From an uncultured virus (IMG/VR IMGVR_UViG_3300021473_000001) (Duplodnaviria; Heunggongvirae; Uroviricota; Caudoviricetes): a DNA stretch of 64,000 nt. The stretch is taken from the IMG/VR virus record IMGVR_UViG_3300021473_000001; one strand, given 5' to 3'. Positions 15,447 through 25,453 of this stretch are shown here, one piece after another. Every line of letters begins with the position of its first letter. Position 1 is the first letter of the stretch. Under the pieces are notes generated by a model that was given only the letters and a program-made list of their open reading frames with translations, was not told the origin of the DNA and searched no databases. Made by a program: the position numbers and the translations under genes.

Positions 15447-17476
15447 TGGAAATCAAGAGTACAGAATTCTTCAGGAATATGAAGAGTCTTCCTCCTCCAG
15501 GAACTAATGAGTTTAATCAACTTATTAAATGGGAGGAAGAAAAGATTAAAGGAGGAATTTCTGTCAATGGGATTTTCTTTAGTGGATGGTTGTATTGGCA
15601 TTTGAATCATTGGAAGATAAGGCTTGATCAACAGGATGAGCATGGAAATGATATTAGGGTGGAAAGCTATCCAGATTTACGTGACAATGAGTGGATTAGA
15701 GCAGAAGCGTTGGAGCAGTGTAGGATAGAGAAGAAGGGATATATGGAGGTTGGAGGTAGACAGGGAGGCAAGAGTGAGATGGAAGCTTCCTATTTTGGTA
15801 TGAATGCCATAATGTTTGCCAATACACAGAATGTTATTGTATGTGGAAATGACAATGACCTTTCCCTTTTAAAGGATAAAGTGGATTTTGGATTAAAAAA
15901 TTTGTGGGAAGGAATTAATATACCACGTTTAGATAAGACATGGAGACTCAACCAGATTAGGCTGGGATATAAGAAACCTAGTGGAGATGATGAGGTGTGG
16001 AGTTACATTGTTATTCGTAATGCAAACGATGGTCGCAACACTGAGGTTGCAGCTGGTACCACAGCAAGGACATTTATAATGGATGAGGTAGGGAAGTATC
16101 CATTTGCTTCTTCTTTTAAAGCAGCTGAACCTGCGTTTAAAGGAAAGTTTGGATGGAGAGCTGTTCCTATTCTTGTGGGAACAGGAGGATCATTTGAAAA
16201 TGGCAGGGATGCAGAAAACTTCTTCTACAATCCAGATGCCAATAATTTTTTGGCTTATGAATATGAAGGAACAAAAACAAAGAGTGCATTGTTCTTGTCA
16301 GGACTTTACAGACAGGATTGTAAAGTGGAGATTCCTTTATATCAATGGCTTGAACAGGAACGTGGAATAACAATACCAGATCATCGTGAACTTTCAAAAA
16401 TATTGATATATGCTTCTGATAAAGAGAAAGCTACAGCATTAATAGAACAGGAAAGACTTGCAGCAAAGACAAATCCTGACAGAGCTCTCTATTTAAAACA
16501 GAAAATGTATTATCCTCTGACAGTTGAGGAATGTTTCTTAAGAGATCAGAATAATATCTTTGATACAGAAGCTGCTAAGCGTCAGAAGTTTAGACTTCAG
16601 GAAAGAGAAAGAACAGGAACTCCTGTTATTCTTTTACATGATGGAGAAAAAATTATACACGAGTTTACAGACAAACAACCCATAAGTAATTTTCCATTAC
16701 GAAGTTCAGATGAGAAAGATGCTCCTGTTATTATTTATGAGTTCCCTGTAGAATCTCCTCCTTATGGATTGTATGTTGCAGGAGTTGACCCTTACAGACA
16801 AGGACAGAGTGCCTATAGTTCTTCCTTAGGATCTGTATACATATATAAGAGGATGCATGATATTGCTGGTGAGAAGTATCAGGATATGTTTGTGGCTTCT
16901 TATTGTGCCAGGCCAGAGAAGAAAGATACATGGGAAGAACAGGCCAGATATTTAATTAAGTATTATAATGCTCGTACTCTCTGTGAGAATGATGATATCT
17001 CATTCATAGAATACATGAAAGCCAAAGGAGATGGACATTATCTGGAGAAACAACCTCAGTGGTTAATGGAAATTGTTCCTAATACAACTGTTAAAAGAGA
17101 ATATGGTATACATCGTAGCGCACAGAAAATAATTGATTACCTTCACAACTGTTTTAAGAAGTATATGGAAGAGATCATATACACAGAAAAAGATGACAAT
17201 GGAGTAGTTGTACGAGAACTCACAGGCATAACTAAAATATTTGATCCTGTTCTCCTTGAGGAAGTAATTCAATATGATGAGGATGGTAACTTTGATAGAA
17301 TCATTGCTGCTGAACTTGCCATTGCTCAAGCTATGAGAATGGATCCAATCATGGGACGAGTAGGGGGATCAAGTGATCCAAGGGTAACCTCGATGTTTAC
17401 AAAAAGACCAAAGGCTCAATTATTCGCAGAATCCAGAGGAATATTTAACAGACCAAAACATAAACTATTTTCATAA
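15446..17476 (+). CDS. terL: terminase large subunit
   Basis: Walker A GGRQGGKS, Walker B FIMDEVG, coupling GTGG, RNase H-like YVAGVDPY, C-terminal NFDRIIA. Confidence 0.95.
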   Translation: MEIKSTEFFRNMKSLPPPGTNEFNQLIKWEEEKIKGGISVNGIFFSGWLYWHLNHWKIRLDQQDEHGNDIRVESYPDLRDNEWIRAEALEQCRIEKKGYMEVGGRQGGKSEMEASYFGMNAIMFANTQNVIVCGNDNDLSLLKDKVDFGLKNLWEGINIPRLDKTWRLNQIRLGYKKPSGDDEVWSYIVIRNANDGRNTEVAAGTTARTFIMDEVGKYPFASSFKAAEPAFKGKFGWRAVPILVGTGGSFENGRDAENFFYNPDANNFLAYEYEGTKTKSALFLSGLYRQDCKVEIPLYQWLEQERGITIPDHRELSKILIYASDKEKATALIEQERLAAKTNPDRALYLKQKMYYPLTVEECFLRDQNNIFDTEAAKRQKFRLQERERTGTPVILLHDGEKIIHEFTDKQPISNFPLRSSDEKDAPVIIYEFPVESPPYGLYVAGVDPYRQGQSAYSSSLGSVYIYKRMHDIAGEKYQDMFVASYCARPEKKDTWEEQARYLIKYYNARTLCENDDISFIEYMKAKGDGHYLEKQPQWLMEIVPNTTVKREYGIHRSAQKIIDYLHNCFKKYMEEIIYTEKDDNGVVVRELTGITKIFDPVLLEEVIQYDEDGNFDRIIAAELAIAQAMRMDPIMGRVGGSSDPRVTSMFTKRPKAQLFAESRGIFNRPKHKLFS

Positions 17477-18051
17477 TGAGAAAAACAGGATCAGAAGAAA
17501 AGATATATGGTGTTGGTTTTATGGGAACGGGAAAGTATAAATCTAGAAATAAAACAGGACACACAAAAGAATATAATGCTTGGGCAGCTATGTTACAAAG
17601 GTGTTATGATGATAAACTTCATATAAGACACCCTTCTTATAAAGATTGTACAATGTGTGAAGAATGGTTAAATTTCCAAAATTTTGCTAAATGGTTTACT
17701 ATTAATAATATAGAAGGTTGCCAATTAGATAAAGATTTACTCATAAAAGGAAATAAAATTTACTCTCCTGAAACTTGTTGTTTTGTTCCACAAGAAATTA
17801 ATCTTGCACTTATAAAACCAATGAATAAAAGAGAATATCCTTTAGGTGTATATAAACATCGTGATAAATTTGTTAGTCATATTAAGGTAAATAAAGTATC
17901 TACATATAAAGGAATTTTTTCAACAATAACAGAAGCAGCAGAATGTTATAAGAGAGAAAAGGAAAAACAACTGTTAAATTTGGCAATGAAATACAAATAT
18001 GTAATTTCAAATGCTACTTATGATGCTTTATTAAATTATGAAATAACTTAA
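17476..18051 (+). CDS. HNH-like homing endonuclease with AP2-like C-terminus
   Basis: W..MLQRCY, C.MCEEWLNFQNFA.W, QLDKDLL..GNKIYSPETCCFVP.EIN, YPLGV. Confidence 0.85.
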   Translation: MRKTGSEEKIYGVGFMGTGKYKSRNKTGHTKEYNAWAAMLQRCYDDKLHIRHPSYKDCTMCEEWLNFQNFAKWFTINNIEGCQLDKDLLIKGNKIYSPETCCFVPQEINLALIKPMNKREYPLGVYKHRDKFVSHIKVNKVSTYKGIFSTITEAAECYKREKEKQLLNLAMKYKYVISNATYDALLNYEIT

Positions 18052-18062
18052 ATTTCACTACC

Positions 18063-20642
18063 ATGATAATTCGCTACACAAAGGATGCCACTATTAGATA
18101 TGCATACCTTAACATCTTTCCAGATCAGTTCAAAACAGAGAAAGAAAAGATGGATGAAAGTTGGGTGAAGAACACAATGGATTACTTTGCTAATAAGGCA
18201 TATTCTGAGTATGTAAAGAATCGTGATACGTTTGTAAAGAACTATGATCTTATGAAGGGTATCCTTCGTCCAGAGGATTTCTATCAGGAACGTGATGTAA
18301 AAAACTTTACAGAAATGCTGGAAGCAGATCTTAGCCTTCCTTCCTATGTAAAGATGTATTCTATTGTTACCACTCCTGTTAATGAACTTATAGGAGAGAT
18401 CTCTAAACGTCCTGATAGCATTAAGGTAAAAGCCTATGATGATAATTCCAAGGCAGAAGAGTTAGAGTTTAAAACAGATCTCCTTCAGAAATATGTATTA
18501 CAGCAGGCCAAGCAAAAGATCTTGGAGAAAGCTGCAATGGAAGGCCAGGAGATCAATGATGAAGATCTTGAGAAAATGTCTATGGATGAGGTGAAGGATC
18601 AACTTGATTCTTACACATCGATTGCTGAGAAATGGAGTAATCATCAACTCACATGTGCTAAGGTAGAGTTTAATATTAAAGAGAAGAGTGAAGATGCTTT
18701 TAGAGATATGCTCATATCTGCCAGAGAGTTCTATCATATATATGAAGACAACTCTAAGACAGGATTTAATATTGAGGTGGCTAATCCTAAGAACACATGG
18801 TTTTTAACAACTCCTGACAGGAAGTTTATTTCAGATACAACAGGTAGGGCACAGGGAGCATATGCTGCTGGAACAGTGCAAGTTATGGAACTCTCAGAGA
18901 TTATTGAGACATTCCCAGATCTTACAAAAGAAGAGATAGATCATCTAAGAAGTTCTCTACAGGATTATGGATTGATCAATGTGCGTGAATCTAATCTTGG
19001 TAATCCTAATGCACCTGAGGGTATTGACTCTGTACAATATGATACATATGATCCAGCCATTCTCCAAACAAGGATGATGATTGAGAGTGAAATGAAAGAG
19101 AACAATGATGGACTAAAAGACTTTCTTGGCCTTACATCTAATGTCTCTTCCTTTGGATATAAGTATGTGGTGGTTAGGGGATATTGGATCTCTAAGAAAA
19201 AGATTGGTAAGATCATATATATAGATGAGATGGGCAATGATCAGTCTATGCTTGTTGATGAGAATTATAAAAGCAAGACTATTCCTACACAACAATCTCT
19301 TGAATGGGGATGGATAAATCAATGGTATCAGGGAAATAAGATTGGCCCAGATATCTATCATCTAAAACCCTATGACCTTCTACCATATTGTCCCATCATA
19401 GGAATAACATATGAGGTAAAGAATACAGAAGCCAAGAGTCTTGTAGATCTGATGAAACCTTTCCAGGTGTTGTACAATGTCTGCATGAATCAACTATATC
19501 AACTCCTTGAGAAAGAGATAGGTAAGGTACAACTGATGTCACTCAGACACATTCCTATTCCTAAAGATGGTGATGCACAAGATGCTTTGGATATATGGGA
19601 ATTGGAAGCACGTAAGAGGGGAGTGGTATTTATAGATGACTCTCCAGAGAATTTAAAAGCTCCTTCAAGTTTTAATCAGTTTACAGCTCTTGATCTCACA
19701 CGTACACAGGAGATACAAGCTAGATACACATTAGCACAACAACTAAAGAATGAATGTTGGGAACTAGTAGGTCTTTCCAAACAAAGAATGGGATCTGTAG
19801 CTGCCAGTGAATCTGCAACAGGAGTAAACAATGCTGTCTCACAATCCTATTCACAAACAGAACCTCTATTCATTGCACATGAATATGTTTCCCTACAACT
19901 ATATCAGGCCATCATTGATGCTGCCTTATATATAGAGAGTGCAAAACCACAGAGTACGCTTGCCTATGTAACATCTGAAGGAGAATCTGCATTTGTACAG
20001 GTGAATGGTTCTGATCTTAGATTTAGGGATTTAAAAGTGTTTCCAACAAATCGTCCAGAGGATACACAAGTATTTAATGAACTTCGTCAGCTTGCTCAAC
20101 CTTTCATGCAGAATGGTGGAAGTCTATATGAGGTTACAGAACTCTATACAACAAAGAGTATTAGAGCAATGCAGAAGACCTTTAAAGAGCAGAGAGATAG
20201 ACAGTTGGCTATGCAAGATCAACAGATGCAACAGAAACAACAAGAGTTGCAACAACAACAACAGCAGGCTCAGGCTCAAATGGAACAGGCTGCACAAGAA
20301 CATCAGTCAGATCTTGCACATGAGGATTATCAGAAGGAACTTGATAGAATTAACAAAAAAGAGATTGCTCTTATTGCTGCTGAATCAAAAGGAGCTCTTG
20401 CAGATATTGATCAAAACCAAGTTCCTGATGTACTTGAAATTAGTAAACTTGCACATGAACAAAGTAAAGCTTCTAAAGATTATAGTCTCAAGATGGCAGA
20501 TATAGCAAGTAAAAGTTCTCAGAGTATGCAAAAACTTCAAGTGGAGAGAGAAAAACTTCAAGTGACTCGTGAGAATATGCAAAATGATATACAGATAGCA
20601 AAAATTAATGCAAGTAATCGAGCTAACAAAACTAAAAAATAA
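18063..20642 (+). CDS. portal protein
   Basis: 859 aa after TerL; SLVDLMKPFQ.LYN, Gln-rich coiled-coil C-terminus typical of crAss-like portals. Confidence 0.88.
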   Translation: MIIRYTKDATIRYAYLNIFPDQFKTEKEKMDESWVKNTMDYFANKAYSEYVKNRDTFVKNYDLMKGILRPEDFYQERDVKNFTEMLEADLSLPSYVKMYSIVTTPVNELIGEISKRPDSIKVKAYDDNSKAEELEFKTDLLQKYVLQQAKQKILEKAAMEGQEINDEDLEKMSMDEVKDQLDSYTSIAEKWSNHQLTCAKVEFNIKEKSEDAFRDMLISAREFYHIYEDNSKTGFNIEVANPKNTWFLTTPDRKFISDTTGRAQGAYAAGTVQVMELSEIIETFPDLTKEEIDHLRSSLQDYGLINVRESNLGNPNAPEGIDSVQYDTYDPAILQTRMMIESEMKENNDGLKDFLGLTSNVSSFGYKYVVVRGYWISKKKIGKIIYIDEMGNDQSMLVDENYKSKTIPTQQSLEWGWINQWYQGNKIGPDIYHLKPYDLLPYCPIIGITYEVKNTEAKSLVDLMKPFQVLYNVCMNQLYQLLEKEIGKVQLMSLRHIPIPKDGDAQDALDIWELEARKRGVVFIDDSPENLKAPSSFNQFTALDLTRTQEIQARYTLAQQLKNECWELVGLSKQRMGSVAASESATGVNNAVSQSYSQTEPLFIAHEYVSLQLYQAIIDAALYIESAKPQSTLAYVTSEGESAFVQVNGSDLRFRDLKVFPTNRPEDTQVFNELRQLAQPFMQNGGSLYEVTELYTTKSIRAMQKTFKEQRDRQLAMQDQQMQQKQQELQQQQQQAQAQMEQAAQEHQSDLAHEDYQKELDRINKKEIALIAAESKGALADIDQNQVPDVLEISKLAHEQSKASKDYSLKMADIASKSSQSMQKLQVEREKLQVTRENMQNDIQIAKINASNRANKTKK

Positions 20643-20654
20643 TCAATTTAATTA
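20640..20654. promoter_or_regulatory. palindromic operator-like site (degenerate)
   Basis: TAATCAATTTAATTA, one mismatch to TAATCA-N3-TGATTA. Confidence 0.4.
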
Positions 20655-20770
20655 AAAAGGCAAATATTAAAGCTATATTATGTACAAAAGTTTATAAAAT
20701 ATGCTAAAATATGTTGTATTCTAATGATCTTTAATTTACTTTTACTCTATAACCACATAATAAACTACAT

Positions 20771-21979
20771 ATGGCAGATAATTTTGATAGTCCATCATTC
20801 AACTTTGGTATTGAAAATACTATGGAGATGGGAATGGGAAATGCAGAACTTTTAAGTGATCTTCTTGGATCTGAAACAGCAACATCTAATCCTGAGGATC
20901 TTGAACCAATTGTAAAAGAAGTAGAACCTGTTGCTCCTACTTCTAAAAAAGCTGCACCAAAGACAGTGATTCCCAAAGAACCAGAAGAAGAGGTTGTTGA
21001 TCAAGATCTTATTGCAGGATTTTTAGAAGAATCTGAAGAGACTAAGACAGAACCTATTAAAGAAGAAAAGGTCAATGAAGAAGAAGAGGAGGATGATGAC
21101 ACTCCCACTTCTCAATTTAGTGCATTATCACGAGACTTATTAAGACTTGGGGTATTTACAAATGAAGAAGGTGTTGAAGATGTTGAGATCAAGACTCCTG
21201 AAGAATTTCTGGAAAGGTTTAAAACTGAAAAACAGAAAGGTGCAGGAGAAATTGTTAACAACTTCATTGGTCAATTTGGAGAAGATTATCAGAAAGCATT
21301 CAATGCCATATATGTGAATGGTGTGGATCCAAAAGAATATTTTGGAACATATAATAAAATAGTAAATTTTGCTGAACTTGATCTATCTGTTGAAGACAAT
21401 CAAGTAGCTGTAATGAGACAAGCGTTAACTGATCAAGGGTTTGAACCTGAAGATGTTACAACAGAAGTTGACAGACTTAAGAATTATGGTGATCTTGAAA
21501 CAGTAGCTGCAAAGCATCACAAAGTCTTGGTAAAACGAGAAGCAGTGAAACTTCAAGAACTAGAACAACAAGCAGGGCAAGAATTACAACAAAAAAATGC
21601 AATTAAAAATCAGTACATCCAGAATGTCAATACCATTCTTCAAGAGAAACTGAAAACTAAAGAGTTTGATGGTATCCCCATCAATCCCAAATTAGTAAAT
21701 GAACTACAAGACTTCCTCCTGGTTGATAAATATAAGACAGCATCGGGTGAAACCTTAACAGATTTTGATCGTGCCATCTTAGAAATGAAAAGACCTGAGA
21801 ACCATGCACAAAAAATAAAGGTTGCATTGCTTCTTAAGCTCCTTGAAAAAGATCCTACGTTATCCACTATTCAACAATCAGGCGTAACTAAGAAGTCTGA
21901 TAAGTTGTTTACAGAGTTTGCAAGACAGACAACGAAAGAAAAACCTGTTCAAGGTAAAGCTAATTCATGGTTTCAATAA
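20771..21979 (+). CDS. putative capsid scaffolding protein
   Basis: Acidic N-half, coiled C-half, between portal and MCP. Confidence 0.7.
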   Translation: MADNFDSPSFNFGIENTMEMGMGNAELLSDLLGSETATSNPEDLEPIVKEVEPVAPTSKKAAPKTVIPKEPEEEVVDQDLIAGFLEESEETKTEPIKEEKVNEEEEEDDDTPTSQFSALSRDLLRLGVFTNEEGVEDVEIKTPEEFLERFKTEKQKGAGEIVNNFIGQFGEDYQKAFNAIYVNGVDPKEYFGTYNKIVNFAELDLSVEDNQVAVMRQALTDQGFEPEDVTTEVDRLKNYGDLETVAAKHHKVLVKREAVKLQELEQQAGQELQQKNAIKNQYIQNVNTILQEKLKTKEFDGIPINPKLVNELQDFLLVDKYKTASGETLTDFDRAILEMKRPENHAQKIKVALLLKLLEKDPTLSTIQQSGVTKKSDKLFTEFARQTTKEKPVQGKANSWFQ

Positions 21980-21999
21980 TTAATTAAAAATTTTACACA

Positions 22000-23562
22000 A
22001 TGCCTATTCAAACAATCCCAGGAGTAACTGGATTCACGTATGCTCGTATCGCTTCAATGGATAAGCGAGCTGTTGGTAAACTTACTGACACGAACCACCT
22101 GGAATCATTTCACAGCACAGAACCTGCTGACTATGACAAGAAGATCATCTCTTTGTACACTCAGAGTTCTTTGTACAGTAATGACTTCCTGGACATGATC
22201 AACAAAAGCACACCTTATTATATCGATAATAATAGTGATGCTTGGAAATGGCAAATTGCTGTTCCTTACAAATTTCCTAAAATCATTGACATTCCTCTGT
22301 CTACACAGAACACAATGGACAATGGTAAGGTAGGTATTGATGGACAGGAATTTTCATTAATCTTAGATACTAATGAGTTCTCTCAGAACGCTATTGTTGC
22401 TGTAGGTTCTCGTCAGTATGGCCCTCGTTTCTACGTTATTAAAGATCCAGTTCCTTGGAATGCAGGGTATCTTTATTCGTTCACACTTGTATCTGACAAT
22501 CCTATCGTAGACTTTGTAACTTCCACATTCCTGAAAGTTGGTCTTGAGCTGGAACTTGTTGATGCAGCTATTGGTGAATTCGATCAGAACCTTTTAGGTC
22601 TTCCTCGTTTGGGTGAGCAGATCACTATGTTTGAATCTCTTGGTTCTGCATATGGATATGAGCACAAAATTACTGAGTGGGCTGATGATAGGACTATGAG
22701 AGATGCATCAGGAAAACCTCTTGATATCTTGGTTTATGCTCCTCAGCGCAGGAATCAACTTCCACTCACAAGGAACGATGTTAAATGGGAGCCATTTATT
22801 GAGTTCTGGATGCGTAAATCAATGCTTGAGTTGAAAGTTAAACGTATGATCTGGTCTAAACCAGGTACTGTTAAAACAGCTGGTAGCAAGCAAGAATTGA
22901 AACGTACATCTGCTGGTGTTTATCATCGTATGCGTTTCAATGGTAACTATACTCCTTACAATCGTGGTGAGTTTAGTGCTAACTTACTTCGTTCTGTATT
23001 TGGTGATCTCTTCTATAGAAGGGTGGATGTTAAAGATCGTAGGGTCAAAATGTACACCAATGAAGCTGGGTTTGATGTATTCCAACAGGCTTTGAAGAAT
23101 GACGCTCTCAACAGTGGTCTGACATTCATGGCTGATTCTGGAAATCGTTACATGCAGGGAGAAGGCCAACACATCACATATAACTTTGCATTCGATGCAA
23201 TGGTTACTCGTGAAACTGGTCGTATTGAACTGATCCACTTGAAAGAACTTGATCTGCCACAAACCAATCTTGAGTTTGGTCAGAATAAGAAAAGTACTCC
23301 TGTCTTTATGGTATTTGATGTATCTCCTATGAGCGATGGTTCAATGGTGAATAACATCAGAGAAGTAAGACTCAAAGGTGCTCCTTCTATGACTTGGGGT
23401 TATATCGATGGTACTCGTCACCACTTAGGTTTTGCTAAATCTCAGGGTATGAGTTCTGCTAACAAATTCCCAGGATACGAGATCTGGATGAAAGACCGTT
23501 GTGATGTATTCATTGAAGATTTGTCTCGTACAGTCTTGATTGAAGAAGTACCACAGTTCTAG
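22000..23562 (+). CDS. major capsid protein (crAss-like)
   Basis: 520 aa at the canonical position after the scaffold; GKLTD.NHL N-terminus; codon bias of a highly expressed gene; hairpin downstream. Confidence 0.88.
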   Translation: MPIQTIPGVTGFTYARIASMDKRAVGKLTDTNHLESFHSTEPADYDKKIISLYTQSSLYSNDFLDMINKSTPYYIDNNSDAWKWQIAVPYKFPKIIDIPLSTQNTMDNGKVGIDGQEFSLILDTNEFSQNAIVAVGSRQYGPRFYVIKDPVPWNAGYLYSFTLVSDNPIVDFVTSTFLKVGLELELVDAAIGEFDQNLLGLPRLGEQITMFESLGSAYGYEHKITEWADDRTMRDASGKPLDILVYAPQRRNQLPLTRNDVKWEPFIEFWMRKSMLELKVKRMIWSKPGTVKTAGSKQELKRTSAGVYHRMRFNGNYTPYNRGEFSANLLRSVFGDLFYRRVDVKDRRVKMYTNEAGFDVFQQALKNDALNSGLTFMADSGNRYMQGEGQHITYNFAFDAMVTRETGRIELIHLKELDLPQTNLEFGQNKKSTPVFMVFDVSPMSDGSMVNNIREVRLKGAPSMTWGYIDGTRHHLGFAKSQGMSSANKFPGYEIWMKDRCDVFIEDLSRTVLIEEVPQF

Positions 23563-23597
23563 GATTCTTTTTTGGTTCATATATTTGTGATTTTCTT

Positions 23598-23634
23598 GAA
23601 GAGACTCCCTTAGATTGCTAAGGGAACTCTTCTT
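23598..23634 (+). terminator. hairpin after MCP
   Basis: GAAGAG..TCCCTTAG-ATTG-CTAAGGGA.CTCTTC; weak U-tail. Confidence 0.55.
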
Positions 23635-23642
23635 GAAAAATA

Positions 23643-23688
23643 GGGATGATAAGGTAAAAGCTTAGAGGAGTTCGTTCTCCACATCTCA
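23643..23688 (+). ncRNA. mini tRNA-like three-way junction
   Basis: GGGATG/CATCTC closing stem, TAAG-GTAAAAG-CTTA hairpin, GGAG-TTCGTT-CTCC T-arm-like hairpin. Confidence 0.4.
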
Positions 23689-23717
23689 CTGGTTAAACCA
23701 ACATAATAAAACTACGT

Positions 23718-24686
23718 ATGGGCAAGATTGGCAAGATTTCAGTAATCAAAAGAGATTACAACAACTCTCAGTTACAAACTATGCAAGGTGGACTTGCAGC
23801 TAGAGGTATGACAAGAGTTCCTGGAACAGGAGTTTTTAAATTTCCTTATAAGGAACTAGATGGTAAGTATAGGACAGGATTAGATGTGGATGCTGCTTAC
23901 ATCAGACGAATTGGGGATCCTTTAGAAAAGGAACTTGAAATAGAACGTGTAAAAGCATTACGTGCAAGACTTGAAGAAGCTCTTGGAGATATTGATCTAG
24001 GTCCTCGTTCAACTTTCTGGAACTATGGATTATCAACTTCTACTGAAGACCAACAACATGTACAACTTGTTAAACTAATAGATGGTGATAATATATTTGA
24101 TCTCTCTGTTCCTTTTCAAGAATTAGCTTTTTCATGGCTTAGGGTACATCCTACTATTGCTTCAAGTCTTCAAGCGTATGAACGTGGTGAATATCCTGCA
24201 GATACACAATATTATGTAGCTGATGACGAGATTGAAACTGCTATTATATACAAGAAGAAACAACTGGTTAATAAGGCTATTGCAAAATTCGATGGACTTA
24301 GTAATGAGAAGAAACGTAAGGTGGCAAGATTACTGGGACTACCAGTTACAGAAGATTCAAAAGAAGACTCTGTATACAATCTGGTAGATAATGTGCTTAA
24401 ACAAACAGAATTCAAAACTGGTAAATACCAGGGACTCTCTCCAATTGAAGTGTTCTCTAGGTTTGCTGATATGAAAGATGACTTGCTCCATATAAAAGAT
24501 CTTGTTAAACAAGCTGTATCACATTCTATCTATAGGATCAAACCAAATGGTAAAGTGTATGAAGGGGAGTTTGAAATATCAAAAGATGAAGATGATCTTG
24601 TAAGATTTCTCATAGATGAAGATCATCAAGATGAGTTAATAATTTTAGAAGGTAAGTTAAAAACTAAGAAAATAGCTGCAGTATGA
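23718..24686 (+). CDS. crAss-like head-module protein following MCP
   Basis: 322-aa ORF; synteny. Confidence 0.75.
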   Translation: MGKIGKISVIKRDYNNSQLQTMQGGLAARGMTRVPGTGVFKFPYKELDGKYRTGLDVDAAYIRRIGDPLEKELEIERVKALRARLEEALGDIDLGPRSTFWNYGLSTSTEDQQHVQLVKLIDGDNIFDLSVPFQELAFSWLRVHPTIASSLQAYERGEYPADTQYYVADDEIETAIIYKKKQLVNKAIAKFDGLSNEKKRKVARLLGLPVTEDSKEDSVYNLVDNVLKQTEFKTGKYQGLSPIEVFSRFADMKDDLLHIKDLVKQAVSHSIYRIKPNGKVYEGEFEISKDEDDLVRFLIDEDHQDELIILEGKLKTKKIAAV

Positions 24687-25414
24687 TACAAGTAGATAGT
24701 TTATTATATAAGATTGACCAGAAACTAAATAAGCTATCTACTAATGAGCATCAGCAGATTCAACTTGAGGATAAAATATTAGCTCTTAACGAAGCTCAAC
24801 TCAAATTGATCAAACAGAAGATGGATGGCACACCAACAGCTTCTGGTCTTGGAATGGACTCTTTTAAAAAAAGATATGAAGACTTACAAAATTTAATAGA
24901 ATTGTATGAAAATCATCCACTTTTATTAACTTTGGACAATCCTGAACTACACAAGTGGACAACATCAATTGTAAACATCTTTCCACCCTACATGTTCTAT
25001 GTAGACAGTTACTTATTGGCTGATAAAGGTAGATGTAAGAATAGAAGAATATGGATAAACAGGGATCTGGCTGGTCATGGAGATCTTCAGTTTTTACTGA
25101 ACAATGATCATTACAAACCTTCCTTTGAATATCAAGAGACTTTCAACTTTATTTCTTCTAATGAACTTGCAATATTTACAGATGGAACCTTCATACCAAC
25201 TGCCTTATACTTATCGTATGTTCGATATCCTGTATACATAGATAAAGTAGGGTATGTTAAATTTGATGGCACTCCTTCTACAAATCAAGACTGTGAACTA
25301 AAAAACTACTTAGAAGATGAACTTCTGGATTTGACAGTACAAAATCTGGCAATGTATACAGAAAATGCTTCAGCAGTTCAAAGTGCTCAGTTCAGGATAC
25401 AAACAAATGAATAA
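24683..25414 (+). CDS. putative ring/adaptor structural protein
   Basis: LNEAQ..LIK, YVRYP, CEL..YLEDEL.DL.V pattern; synteny. Confidence 0.7.
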   Translation: MIQVDSLLYKIDQKLNKLSTNEHQQIQLEDKILALNEAQLKLIKQKMDGTPTASGLGMDSFKKRYEDLQNLIELYENHPLLLTLDNPELHKWTTSIVNIFPPYMFYVDSYLLADKGRCKNRRIWINRDLAGHGDLQFLLNNDHYKPSFEYQETFNFISSNELAIFTDGTFIPTALYLSYVRYPVYIDKVGYVKFDGTPSTNQDCELKNYLEDELLDLTVQNLAMYTENASAVQSAQFRIQTNE

Positions 25415-25453
25415 TGTTCTTTTCTTTTTTTATAAATTTAAAAATTACGCAAA

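Noticed and set aside
15446..20642. Group I intron or intein in terL or portal associated with the HNH at 17476
   Set aside because: TerL motifs are contiguous and complete, the portal is intact, and the HNH fills the gap with no room for intron structure.
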